50,768 nucleotides of DNA from Deltaproteobacteria bacterium. Lineage in GTDB: Bacteria; Myxococcota_A; Polyangia; DRWM01; JAAZOP01. The position numbers and the translations under genes are program-made. Shown here piece after piece: positions 7,394 to 15,800 of this stretch. Within the stretch, counting starts at the first letter, position 1. Every line of letters begins with the position of its first letter. Below the pieces are notes generated by a model. The model was not told the DNA's origin. It searched no databases and saw nothing but the letters and a program-made list of their open reading frames with translations. Where the stretch lies: the NCBI GenBank assembly GCA_016930215.1, contig JAFGHH010000090.1, forward strand, positions 1 to 50,768. The letters run 5' to 3'.

Positions 7394-8032
7394 TTACTCG
7401 TTCGTCGCCGTGGCGGAGCCTTCGCGGTAGCGGGCGCCGTTCTCGCCCAGGACCCAGTCGCGGAGGTTGCCGGGGACCCCGAGCAACCCGTTCTGGATGG
7501 CGTCGGCGAACATGGCGAGGAGGGGATTCTCGCCCATCGAGATCACGTTGACGTAGGTGATCAGCGACTTGCCCTCGCCGTAGGGAGCGACCTGCCAGTA
7601 GCCGCGGGTGTCGACCAGGTCGTGCGGCTGGTCCTCGATCATCGACCAGGAGACCTTGCGGCCCTCGTCATCGATCCGGTACAGCACGTAGAACGACAGG
7701 GAGATCCAGGAGTTGCCCTGGACCATGCGGACGACCTTGCGGTTGCCGCGGTCCGAGATCACCTCGACCGAGAGGGTCTTCGGGAAGACGCTTGGGAAGG
7801 CGCCGAAATCGTTCATCGCCCGCCAGACCACCTCGGGAGCCTGGTCGATGACGACGTAGGAGGTGCCACCGAGATACCCCTGGGTATCCTCGGAGGCGCG
7901 CAGCGGGTGACGGACCACCTCGCCGCGGTCCAGCGCCGCCTGCTCGTCGGCGTTGAAGGTGTCGGCCTTGGCGCCGGGGATCCACAGCGCCAGGAAGACC
8001 AGCAGGCCCAGGATCCACTTCGCCAACCGCAT
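7394..8032 (-). CDS. secreted SRPBCC (START/polyketide-cyclase-like) family protein
   Basis: In frame with ORF 7394..8266. The start at 8032 (MRLAKWILGLLVFLALWIPGAKA|D signal peptide) is supported by GGAGGA 7 nt upstream and by the sigma54 promoter at 8060-8075. Body: YVVIDQAPEVVWRAMNDFGAFPSVFPKTLSVEVI... Confidence 0.8.
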   Translation of the reverse strand: MRLAKWILGLLVFLALWIPGAKADTFNADEQAALDRGEVVRHPLRASEDTQGYLGGTSYVVIDQAPEVVWRAMNDFGAFPSVFPKTLSVEVISDRGNRKVVRMVQGNSWISLSFYVLYRIDDEGRKVSWSMIEDQPHDLVDTRGYWQVAPYGEGKSLITYVNVISMGENPLLAMFADAIQNGLLGVPGNLRDWVLGENGARYREGSATATNE

Positions 8033-8059
8033 CGTCCGTTCCTCCAGGCGCGTCATGCT

Positions 8060-8075
8060 TGCAATGGACGTGCCA
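8060..8075 (-). promoter_or_regulatory. sigma54 (-24/-12) promoter, perfect consensus TGGCAC-N5-TTGCA
   Basis: Plus strand 8060-8075 is tgcaatggacgtgcca, whose reverse complement is TGGCACGTCCATTGCA. The predicted start site is ~17 nt upstream of the ATG at 8032, and the leader gcctGGAGGAacggacg carries a Shine-Dalgarno. Confidence 0.7.
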
Positions 8076-8247
8076 CGGGACGGAGTCTTCACGGAAAAGC
8101 GATTCTCCGCGGCGGATCGAGGTCTTTCCCGCGGGGCGGTGTGGCGAGCCGACCACAGTGTGACGGATCGATCGGACGTCCGCGCCAGGGTGGCCCCTCC
8201 CGAGCCGAACTTGCCCGGCACCCCCCCGACTGCTATCGGTTCGTCCC

Positions 8248-9819
8248 GTGAGCTCTTCGCTCGCACGCGGCGCCGGAGTCGTTGGGGGCGCCACCCTGGT
8301 CAGTCGCCTGACCGGCCTGGCCCGGGACATGGTGATTGCGGCCTGGTTCGACCGGATGGCGACCGACGTGTTCTTCACGGCGTTCACCATCCCCAACGTC
8401 CTGCGCCGGCTGCTCGGCGAGGGCTCGCTGACCTCGGTGCTGGTCCCGGTCTACACGGAAGTGCAGGTCAAGGAGGGGGACGCCCCGGCGAAGCGCTTCG
8501 TCGCCTCGGCGCTCGGGACCGGCCTGGCGGTGCTGCTCGGCGTCACGCTGCTCGGGATCCTGCTCAGCCCGTGGATCGTGATGGCCTACGCCTGGGGCTT
8601 CCAGAACGACCCCGGGAAGTTCTCGCTGTGCGTGTCGTTGACGCGCTTCATGTGGCCGTACCTGGTGTTCATCGGGCTGTGCGCGATCGCGATGGGGGTG
8701 CTCAACGCGCATCGGCGGTTCTTCTGGCCGGCGTTCTCGCAGACGCTGTTCAACCTGTCGATGATCGGGGCGACGATCCTGGCGGCGGGGTGGCTCGAGT
8801 CGCAGGGGATCCATCCGATCTGGAGCCTGGCGATCGGGGTGCTGGTGGGCGGGGCGCTGCAGTTCGCCTCCCAGATCCTGCCGCTCCGGCGCATCGACCG
8901 GCTGCCGCGGCCCCGTCTGAAGAAGCACCCCCAGGTGACCAAGGTCGCGAAGCTGCTCGGTCCGAGCGTGATCGGGCTGGGGATCTACCAGCTCGACATC
9001 CTGCTCTCGCGGCTGTTCGCCTCGCTGCTCCCCGAGGGGTCGGTGACGTACCTGTACTACTGCATGCGGCTCGTGGAGCTGCCGCAGGCGGTGTTCGTGA
9101 TGGCGATCGCGGCGGCGGCGCTGCCGGACCTGTCGCTGGCCAGCGCGAAGGGGGAGACGGGCGAGCTGAAGCGGACGTACGTGCGGTCGCTGACGATGTC
9201 GTCGTTCGTTTCGGTGCCGTCGGTGGTGGGTCTGGCGGTGCTGGCGGTGCCGGTGGTGGCGGTGCTGTTCCAGCGCGGCGCCTTCACCTGGGAGATGACC
9301 GGGCACACGGCCGACGCGCTGGTCTGGATCGCGCTGGGGATCCCGGGCGTGGCCGGCGTGCGCAACACCTCGCCGGTGTTCTACGCGCTGCAGGACACCA
9401 GGACGCCGGTGAAGATGTCGGCGCTGTCGCTGGTGCTGTACATCGGACTGTGCCTGGCGCTGATGTGGCGCTACCAGCACGTGGGGATCGCGGCGGCGAT
9501 CGCCGTCGCGCCCTGGGCGCAGTTCCTGGCGCAGGTGGTGTTCCTGCGCCGCAAGATCGGCGTGCTCGGGCTGTGGCCGGCCCTCGACCAGCTGTGGCGG
9601 CACCTGGCCGCCGCGTGGGTGATGGCCGGCGCGTGCCTGCCGGTGGCGAGCCTCGGGCAATGGTCCGACGGCGCGTCGCTCTCCAACACGCTGGTGCTGG
9701 CGGCGACACTCCTCGTGGGCGTCGCCGCGTATTTCGGCGGCGCCTGGGTCTTCGGCGCGCGCGACGCCCGCGCGCTGCTCGACGCCCTGCGCCGCCGGCT
9801 CCGTCGGAGGACCGCATGA
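8248..9819 (+). CDS. murJ: lipid II flippase MurJ (MviN)
   Basis: ORF 8248..9819 (GTG start). N-terminus GGATLVSRLTGLARDMVIAAWFDRMATDVFFTAFTIPNVLRRLLGEGSLTSVLVPVY is typical of MurJ. Polytopic membrane protein. Confidence 0.9.
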   Translation: MSSSLARGAGVVGGATLVSRLTGLARDMVIAAWFDRMATDVFFTAFTIPNVLRRLLGEGSLTSVLVPVYTEVQVKEGDAPAKRFVASALGTGLAVLLGVTLLGILLSPWIVMAYAWGFQNDPGKFSLCVSLTRFMWPYLVFIGLCAIAMGVLNAHRRFFWPAFSQTLFNLSMIGATILAAGWLESQGIHPIWSLAIGVLVGGALQFASQILPLRRIDRLPRPRLKKHPQVTKVAKLLGPSVIGLGIYQLDILLSRLFASLLPEGSVTYLYYCMRLVELPQAVFVMAIAAAALPDLSLASAKGETGELKRTYVRSLTMSSFVSVPSVVGLAVLAVPVVAVLFQRGAFTWEMTGHTADALVWIALGIPGVAGVRNTSPVFYALQDTRTPVKMSALSLVLYIGLCLALMWRYQHVGIAAAIAVAPWAQFLAQVVFLRRKIGVLGLWPALDQLWRHLAAAWVMAGACLPVASLGQWSDGASLSNTLVLAATLLVGVAAYFGGAWVFGARDARALLDALRRRLRRRTA

Positions 9820-10967
9820 GCCGTGCCGGGCTGCAGATCGACGTGCTGGGCAACCTCAAGCGCCCCGGCGAGACCCCGGACCTCGCGCTCCCGGTGGTCG
9901 CCGTCGCCGGCCGGTCCAACGTCGGCAAGTCGACGCTGCTCAACGCGCTGCTCGGCCGCCACCGGCTGCTCCGCACGAGCCGCACGCCGGGGTGCACCCG
10001 GTCGATCCAGCTCGTGTCGGTGGCCTCGCGCGACGCGACGTTCGTGGTCGCCGACCTGCCCGGCTACGGCTACGCGGCACTGTCCCGCGAGCGACGCGAC
10101 TCGTGGGGCCCGCTGATCGATGGATTCCTGCGCGGCAGCCGGCGGCTCGCCGCCGTGCTGATGCTGATCGATGTGCGCCGCGGCCCCCAACGCGAGGAAC
10201 AGGACCTGCTCGACTTCCTCGACGGGCTCGGACTGCCGACGCTGGTGGTGCTGACCAAGTGCGACAAGCTGCCGCGCTCGAAAGGCCGCACGGCGGTCGA
10301 ACGGATGAAGGGCCGGCTGGCGGGGCTCGAGACCTACCCCACCGCCGCCGCGGAGGGCGACGGACTCGACGCGCTGTGGCGGGCGATCGTGCGCTGCGTC
10401 CAGGCCGCCGGCACCGCCGCCGCCGGCACCACCCCGGCACCCCGGAACCCGCCCGCCACACAGGGAGGAACGACGAAGATGGCCGACGACCCGCATCGCG
10501 AGACGTTCCTGCGCGCACGAGAGGCCGCGCAGAAGGGCCGCCACGCGGAGGCGATCGCGCTGTGCATGGGGATCCTCGAGCAGGATCCCAAGCATCGCGG
10601 AGCGCTCGACCTGCTCGGCTTCGCCCACTTCTTCAAACAGGAGTACGCGACCGCCGAGCAGTGGTGCCGCAAGACGCTCGAGCACTACCCGGACCACGCC
10701 TACGGCCGCAAGGGACTCGGGCTGTGCCTGGCCCGCCAGGGAAAGCTCGACGAGGGGCTCGTGGAGCTGCACGAGGCGATGCGGCTCGAGCCGAAGTTCT
10801 TCGACCCGTACTGGGACACCGCGGTGGTGCTGCGCGACGCCGGCCGCTACGCGGAGGCCCTCGAGACGCTGCGGCGCGGGCTGAAGGAGCGCCCCGAGAT
10901 GGCGACCCGGGCCCGCGTGTTCCTCGCCGACCTCGAGCGGAAAGCCGGGCAAGAGGACGAGCCGTAG
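9816..10967 (+). CDS. engB: ribosome-biogenesis GTPase EngB/YsxC fused in frame to a C-terminal TPR domain
   Basis: The ATG at 9816 overlaps the murJ stop (ATGA). GRSNVGKSTLLNALLG...TSRTPGCTR...DLPGYGYA...TKCDK are the G1-G4 motifs. There is no stop before 10967. A low-complexity linker is followed by MADDPHRETFLRAREAAQKGRHAEAIALCMGILEQDPKHRGALDLLGFAHFF... (TPR repeats). Confidence 0.8.
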   Translation: MSRAGLQIDVLGNLKRPGETPDLALPVVAVAGRSNVGKSTLLNALLGRHRLLRTSRTPGCTRSIQLVSVASRDATFVVADLPGYGYAALSRERRDSWGPLIDGFLRGSRRLAAVLMLIDVRRGPQREEQDLLDFLDGLGLPTLVVLTKCDKLPRSKGRTAVERMKGRLAGLETYPTAAAEGDGLDALWRAIVRCVQAAGTAAAGTTPAPRNPPATQGGTTKMADDPHRETFLRAREAAQKGRHAEAIALCMGILEQDPKHRGALDLLGFAHFFKQEYATAEQWCRKTLEHYPDHAYGRKGLGLCLARQGKLDEGLVELHEAMRLEPKFFDPYWDTAVVLRDAGRYAEALETLRRGLKERPEMATRARVFLADLERKAGQEDEP

Positions 10968-11140
10968 GAACGACCGTCGAACGGGTCCCCGCAGCGCGCG
11001 ACCACACGCCCCTACATGCTCTTCGGATCCTTGCCGGTATTTTGTCTCCCCTGATCGGATGTTCTAGCGTCGGGTCGCTCCGCGAGGACGGGGGCCGGGT
11101 CCGGACGAGACGCCGGCGCGGACGGGACAGGAGGTCGGCG

Positions 11141-12166
11141 ATGGGTCTGCGCATCGGGTTCCTGCTGGCGGTCGTGATCTCGATGTCGGCGCTCGGCGGC
11201 ACGGGGTGCCGCAAGGGCGCGGGCGAGGGGACGGACACGATCGTCCTGGCCGCGTACACGGTGCCCAAGGAGGCGTACGAGGAACAGTTGATCCCGGCAT
11301 TCCGGAAGTACTGGAAGGAGAAGACCGGCCGGGACGTGGTGTTCCAGGCGTCGTACGTCGCTTCGGGGGCGCAGGCGCGGGCGATCGTCAACGGCCTGGA
11401 AGCCGACGTGGCGGCGCTGTCGCTCGAGGGCGACGTCGATCTGGTGACGAAGGCGGGCCTGATCAAGCACGACTGGAAGTCGAAGGGGCCGGCCGGCGGG
11501 ATGGTCACCGCCTCGGTCGTGGCGCTCGGCGTGCGTCCCGGCAACCCGAAGGGAATCGAGGACTGGGAGGATCTGACGCGCGCGGACGTCGATGTGGTCA
11601 CCCCCGATCCGGCGACGTCGGGCGGGGCGATGTGGAACGTCAACGCGATCTGGGGGGCCGCGCTGCGGCGGGCGAACGGGGACGAGGCGGCGGCGCTCGA
11701 GTTGCTCAAGCGGATCCGGGCGCGGATCAAGGCGCTGGACACGTCGGGACGCGAATCGATGGCGACGTTCGAGCGCGGGGTCGGCGACGTGGCGATCACC
11801 TACGAGAACGAGCTGCTGCTGCGGGCGCGCAAGGGTCGAAGCTACGACGTGGTGCTTCCGCCGGCGACGATCCGGATCGACAACCCGCTGGCGGTGGTCG
11901 ATACCAACGTGGACCGGCACGGGAACCGCGAGGTGGTCGAGGCGTTCGTGGAGTTCCTGTGGCGCGAGGAGTCGCAGCGCGTCTTCGCCGACTACGGGTT
12001 CCGGCCGGTGGTGGCGGCGGTGGCGGCGGAGGTGGCGGACCGCTTCCCGCAGCCGCCCGAGCTGTTCACGGTCGGCGACCTGGGGGGCTGGGCGGCGATC
12101 CGCGAGAAGCTCTACTCGCAGGACGGGATCTGGGCGCGGGTCAACCGCGAGGTGGCGGGACGGTAG
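11141..12166 (+). CDS. sbp: sulfate/thiosulfate ABC transporter substrate-binding protein
   Basis: The ATG at 11141 follows GGAGG. VVFQASYVASGAQARAIVNGLEADVAALSLEGDVD...GNPKGIEDWEDLTRADVDVVTPDPATSGGAMWN parallels E. coli Sbp ([25 protein letters not shown]...GNPKQIHDWNDL...ITPNPKSSGGARWN). Confidence 0.9.
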   Translation: MGLRIGFLLAVVISMSALGGTGCRKGAGEGTDTIVLAAYTVPKEAYEEQLIPAFRKYWKEKTGRDVVFQASYVASGAQARAIVNGLEADVAALSLEGDVDLVTKAGLIKHDWKSKGPAGGMVTASVVALGVRPGNPKGIEDWEDLTRADVDVVTPDPATSGGAMWNVNAIWGAALRRANGDEAAALELLKRIRARIKALDTSGRESMATFERGVGDVAITYENELLLRARKGRSYDVVLPPATIRIDNPLAVVDTNVDRHGNREVVEAFVEFLWREESQRVFADYGFRPVVAAVAAEVADRFPQPPELFTVGDLGGWAAIREKLYSQDGIWARVNREVAGR

Positions 12167-12218
12167 GGGCCGGGCGCGGGACGGGGCGGACGGGGCGGAA
12201 GGTCGAGGGACGGTGCCG

Positions 12219-13112
12219 ATGAGGTTCGGCGGGCGTCTGGGGAAGCTGCTCAACGCGCCGGGGTTCCACCGGCCCGCGCTGCGCTCCCTGGCGCTCGGGT
12301 ACCTGCTGATCCTGATCGTCCTCCCCGCGGGCGGGCTGGCTTGGTCGGCGCTGGCGCACGGTCCCGGCGCGCTGTGGAAGTACGTCACCCACCCCGAGGC
12401 GCTGGCGGCGCTGAAGCTGACGTTCGTCGTGGCGACGGCGGCGGCGCTGCTTTCGGCGGTCTTGGGGACGATCGCGGCGTTCGCGCTGGCGCGTTTCCGC
12501 GTTCCCGGCCGCACGGTGCTCGACGCCGTGGTCGACCTGCCGTTCGTCGTGCCGACCGCCGTCGGCGGCCTGATGGTCTTCGCGCTGTACGCGCCCACGG
12601 GGCCGCTGGCCGGCACGACCTCGGCGCTGGGGCTGGAGATCCTGTACGCCAAGCCGGGGATCGTGCTGGCGCTGATGTTCGTCACCTTCCCGTTCACGAT
12701 CCGCGCGGTGCAGCCGCTGATCGAGGGGCTCGACGTGGCGGTCGAGGAGGCCGCCGCAACGCTCGGGGCGACCCGCCACCAGACCTTCCGCTGGATCGTC
12801 TGGCCGTCGATCGCGCGCGGCGTGGCCACCGGGGCGCTGCTGTCGTTCGCGCGGGCGCTGGGCGAGTTCGGGACGATCGTGATCGTCTCGGGGAACCTGC
12901 CGTACAAGACCAAGGTCGCCTCGGTCTACATCTACGGCGAGGTCGAATCCGGCCGTCCCGAGAGCGCGGCGGCGGTGTCGCTGGTGCTGGTGCTGCTGTC
13001 GGCCGGGCTGCTGCTGGTCTCCGACCGGCTGCTGCACCGCCGACGCCGCGGGAGCCGGGCGCCGGTGGTCGAGACCGGCACGGTCGGCGCGTCGACGGGG
13101 GCCCGCCGATGA
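12219..13112 (+). CDS. cysT: sulfate ABC transporter permease CysT
   Basis: Internal ATG of ORF 11592..13112 (MRFGGRLGKLL...). Six-TM permease with the EAA-like loop VEEAAATLGATRHQTFRWIVWPSI. Confidence 0.85.
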   Translation: MRFGGRLGKLLNAPGFHRPALRSLALGYLLILIVLPAGGLAWSALAHGPGALWKYVTHPEALAALKLTFVVATAAALLSAVLGTIAAFALARFRVPGRTVLDAVVDLPFVVPTAVGGLMVFALYAPTGPLAGTTSALGLEILYAKPGIVLALMFVTFPFTIRAVQPLIEGLDVAVEEAAATLGATRHQTFRWIVWPSIARGVATGALLSFARALGEFGTIVIVSGNLPYKTKVASVYIYGEVESGRPESAAAVSLVLVLLSAGLLLVSDRLLHRRRRGSRAPVVETGTVGASTGARR

Positions 13113-13945
13113 GCGTCGCGCGGGACCTCACCACGCGCGGGGGCCGCGTCGTCGTGGCGACGACGACCTACCTGTACTTCGGGCTGATCCTGCTCCTGCC
13201 GCTCGGCTGGCTGGTCTACGAGGCGCTCGACTTCGGCCCCGCCACGCTGCTCGAGAAGCTCGGCTCGGACGCCGCCCTGCACGCCTTCTGGCTCACCGCC
13301 GTGATCGCGCTGGTGACCGCGGTGCTGAACGGCGTGTTCGGCATCGCGCTGGCGATCGTCTTCACCCGGCAGCGTTTCTGGGGCCGCTCGCTGGCCAACG
13401 CGCTGGTCGACATGCCGTTCGCGGTCTCGCCGGTGGTCGCCGGGCTGATGATCATCCTGGTCTACGGCCCGCACGGGCTGCTCGGGTTCTTCTTCGAGGG
13501 GCTGGGCATCCCGATGATCTTCGCGCTGCCGGGGATGGTGCTGGCCAGCGTGTTCGTCACCTTCCCGTTCGTGGTGCGCGAGCTGGTCCCGGTGCTGGAG
13601 CAGGCGGGGACGGAGATGGAGGAGGCGGCCCGGACGCTCGGGGCGCCGCCGTGGACGGTGTTCCGGGCGGTGACCTTCCCGACGATCCGCGGCGCGCTGG
13701 CCTACGGCCTGGCGCTCACCGTCGCCCGGTCGCTGGGCGAGTTCGGCGCGGTGCTGGTGGTCTCGGGCAACATCGTGCAGAAGACCCAGACCGCGCCGCT
13801 GTACGTGTTCCAGGCCTACGCGGACTTCGACATGCCGGCGGCCTTCGCCGCGTCGCTGGTGCTGATCCTCGTCGCGGTCCTGATGCTGGTGGTGCTCGGG
13901 GTCTGGCGCCGCCGCCGCGACCGGCTCGAGCGGCGGCGGGCGTGA
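13109..13945 (+). CDS. cysW: sulfate ABC transporter permease CysW
   Basis: The ATG at 13109 overlaps the cysT stop (ATGA). MEEAARTLGAPPWTVFRAVTFPTIR loop. Polytopic permease. Confidence 0.85.
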   Translation: MSVARDLTTRGGRVVVATTTYLYFGLILLLPLGWLVYEALDFGPATLLEKLGSDAALHAFWLTAVIALVTAVLNGVFGIALAIVFTRQRFWGRSLANALVDMPFAVSPVVAGLMIILVYGPHGLLGFFFEGLGIPMIFALPGMVLASVFVTFPFVVRELVPVLEQAGTEMEEAARTLGAPPWTVFRAVTFPTIRGALAYGLALTVARSLGEFGAVLVVSGNIVQKTQTAPLYVFQAYADFDMPAAFAASLVLILVAVLMLVVLGVWRRRRDRLERRRA

Positions 13946-13964
13946 GCGGGGGAGCGAGGCGGAG

Positions 13965-15095
13965 ATGCGGATCGAAGTCCAGAACCTGTCGAAGGCCTTC
14001 TCGGGGGTGCAGGTGGTGCGCGACGTCTCGTTCACCGTCGAGGAGGGCCAGCTCGTGGCGCTGCTCGGACCCTCCGGCGGCGGCAAGAGCACGATCCTGC
14101 GCATCGTCGCGGGGCTCGAGGACCCCGACGCCGGGAGCGTCGTGCTGGGCGAGCGGCGCGTCGAGCGGGTCCCGGCGCGGGAGCGCGGGATCGGCTTCGT
14201 GTTCCAGCACTACGCGCTGTTCCCGCACATGACCGTCGGCGACAACATCGGCTTCGGCCTCAAGGTGCGCAAGGAGGACCCCGCGACGGTGGCGCAGCGG
14301 GTCGAGGAGATGATCGGGCTGGTGGGGCTGCAGGGGCTGGGGCAGCGGTTCCCGCACGAGCTGTCCGGCGGGCAGCGGCAGCGCGTGGCACTGGCCCGCG
14401 CCCTGGCGCCCTCCCCCCGCGTGCTGCTGCTCGACGAGCCGTTCGGCGCGGTGGACGCCAAGGTGCGCCACGACCTGCGGCTGTGGCTGCGGCGGCTGCA
14501 CGACAACGTCGGCGTGACGAGCGTGTTCGTCACGCACGACCAGAGCGAGGCGCTGGAGATCGCCGACCGCGTGATCATCGTCAACCACGGCCGGCTGGAG
14601 CAGAACGACACGCCGGAGGACATCTGGCGCCGGCCGGCGAACGCGTTCGTCGCCGAGTTCGTCGGGGCGACCAACCGGATCGCCGGGCGCGTCGTCGGCG
14701 ACGAGGTGGATGCCGGGTTCCTCCGACACCCGCGGCCGGCGGGCCTGGACGACGGCGCCGCGGTGCTGATCCTGGCGCGGCCCGCGGAGGTGATGCTGCA
14801 CCCGGTGGGCGAGGACGAATCGCCGGCACGGGTCCAACGCGTCTCGTTCGTCGGACACTCGATGAAGGTCGAGATCGAAGTCCCCGACCACGGGGTGCTG
14901 ACGGCCGAAATTCCCCCGGCCGTGGTGCGCGCGAAGGAGCTCGCGCCCGGACGGGCGGTCCGCGTGACGCTGTCGGCGGCGCAGGTCTTCCCCAGCGACG
15001 CGGCACCCCCGGGCACGGTCACCAGCGCGGCGCGGCGACAGCGCCGGCTGACCGCGCTGTTCTCCCGGTTCCGTCGCACCCGCTCCCGCGTCTAG
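13965..15095 (+). CDS. cysA: sulfate ABC transporter ATP-binding protein CysA
   Basis: ORF 13965..15095. Walker A GPSGGGKST, signature LSGGQRQRVALARAL, Walker B LLLDEPFGAVD, and a C-terminal TOBE-like tail. Confidence 0.9.
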   Translation: MRIEVQNLSKAFSGVQVVRDVSFTVEEGQLVALLGPSGGGKSTILRIVAGLEDPDAGSVVLGERRVERVPARERGIGFVFQHYALFPHMTVGDNIGFGLKVRKEDPATVAQRVEEMIGLVGLQGLGQRFPHELSGGQRQRVALARALAPSPRVLLLDEPFGAVDAKVRHDLRLWLRRLHDNVGVTSVFVTHDQSEALEIADRVIIVNHGRLEQNDTPEDIWRRPANAFVAEFVGATNRIAGRVVGDEVDAGFLRHPRPAGLDDGAAVLILARPAEVMLHPVGEDESPARVQRVSFVGHSMKVEIEVPDHGVLTAEIPPAVVRAKELAPGRAVRVTLSAAQVFPSDAAPPGTVTSAARRQRRLTALFSRFRRTRSRV

Positions 15096-15214
15096 AACGT
15101 CCTTCGTTTCGCGGGCATGGACGTGGGCGCGGGCACGGACGCCCGGCCGCCGCCGCCGAAGCGTGGACTTGCGCCGGTCCGGGAACAACGGCAGCCGCGG
15201 AGGGTTGACGGAGC

Positions 15215-15736
15215 ATGACGTCGAAGCACCTGCGTTGGGCGATCGTGCTGCTGGCGAGCGGCGTCGTCGGCTGCGACCACGCGACGAAGTACGCGGCGGA
15301 GTCGCACCTCGAGGAGGCGGGGCCGGTAGTGGTGGTCCCGGGAGTGCTCGACCTGCGCTACGTGGAGAACCGCGACACCGCCTTCAGCCTGTTCCGGCTG
15401 CTTGGACTGCCGTCGCCGCCGGCGCTGCTGGCGGGGCTGCAGCTCGCCGGCCTGACGGCGCTCGGCGTGTTCTGGTGGCGGCGCAGGCGCACGGCGGGGC
15501 TGCTCGAGCACGCGGCCTGGTCGGTGACGGCGGCGGGGGCGCTGGGAAACCTCCTCGACCGCGTGCTCCGCGGCTACGTGGTCGATTTCATTCACCTGCA
15601 CCACTGGCCGGTGTTCAACGTGGCCGACGCGGCCCTGCTGGTCGGCATGGGACTGCTGATCCTGGTCTTCGGCGTGTTCGGCCGGCCGGCGGCGACGTCC
15701 GCCGGACCGTCCGCCGACGGGCCACCACCCGGCTAG
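15215..15736 (+). CDS. lspA: lipoprotein signal peptidase II
   Basis: ORF 15215..15736. VENRDTAFSL, GNLLDRV and VVDFIHL..WPVFNVAD motifs. Confidence 0.9.
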   Translation: MTSKHLRWAIVLLASGVVGCDHATKYAAESHLEEAGPVVVVPGVLDLRYVENRDTAFSLFRLLGLPSPPALLAGLQLAGLTALGVFWWRRRRTAGLLEHAAWSVTAAGALGNLLDRVLRGYVVDFIHLHHWPVFNVADAALLVGMGLLILVFGVFGRPAATSAGPSADGPPPG

Positions 15737-15800
15737 CACGTCTTGGACGCGCCGTTCCGCCGACGTTCGAGGTCGACTTCCGGCTCGACGACCGACTATC

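Noticed and set aside
7953-9815. N-terminal 620 aa of ORF 7953..10967, which would extend engB far upstream
   Set aside because: This part is out of frame with murJ, which has clear MurJ motifs, and it is Arg/Gly/Pro-rich junk. The EngB G1 motif begins right after the ATG at 9816, which overlaps the murJ stop.
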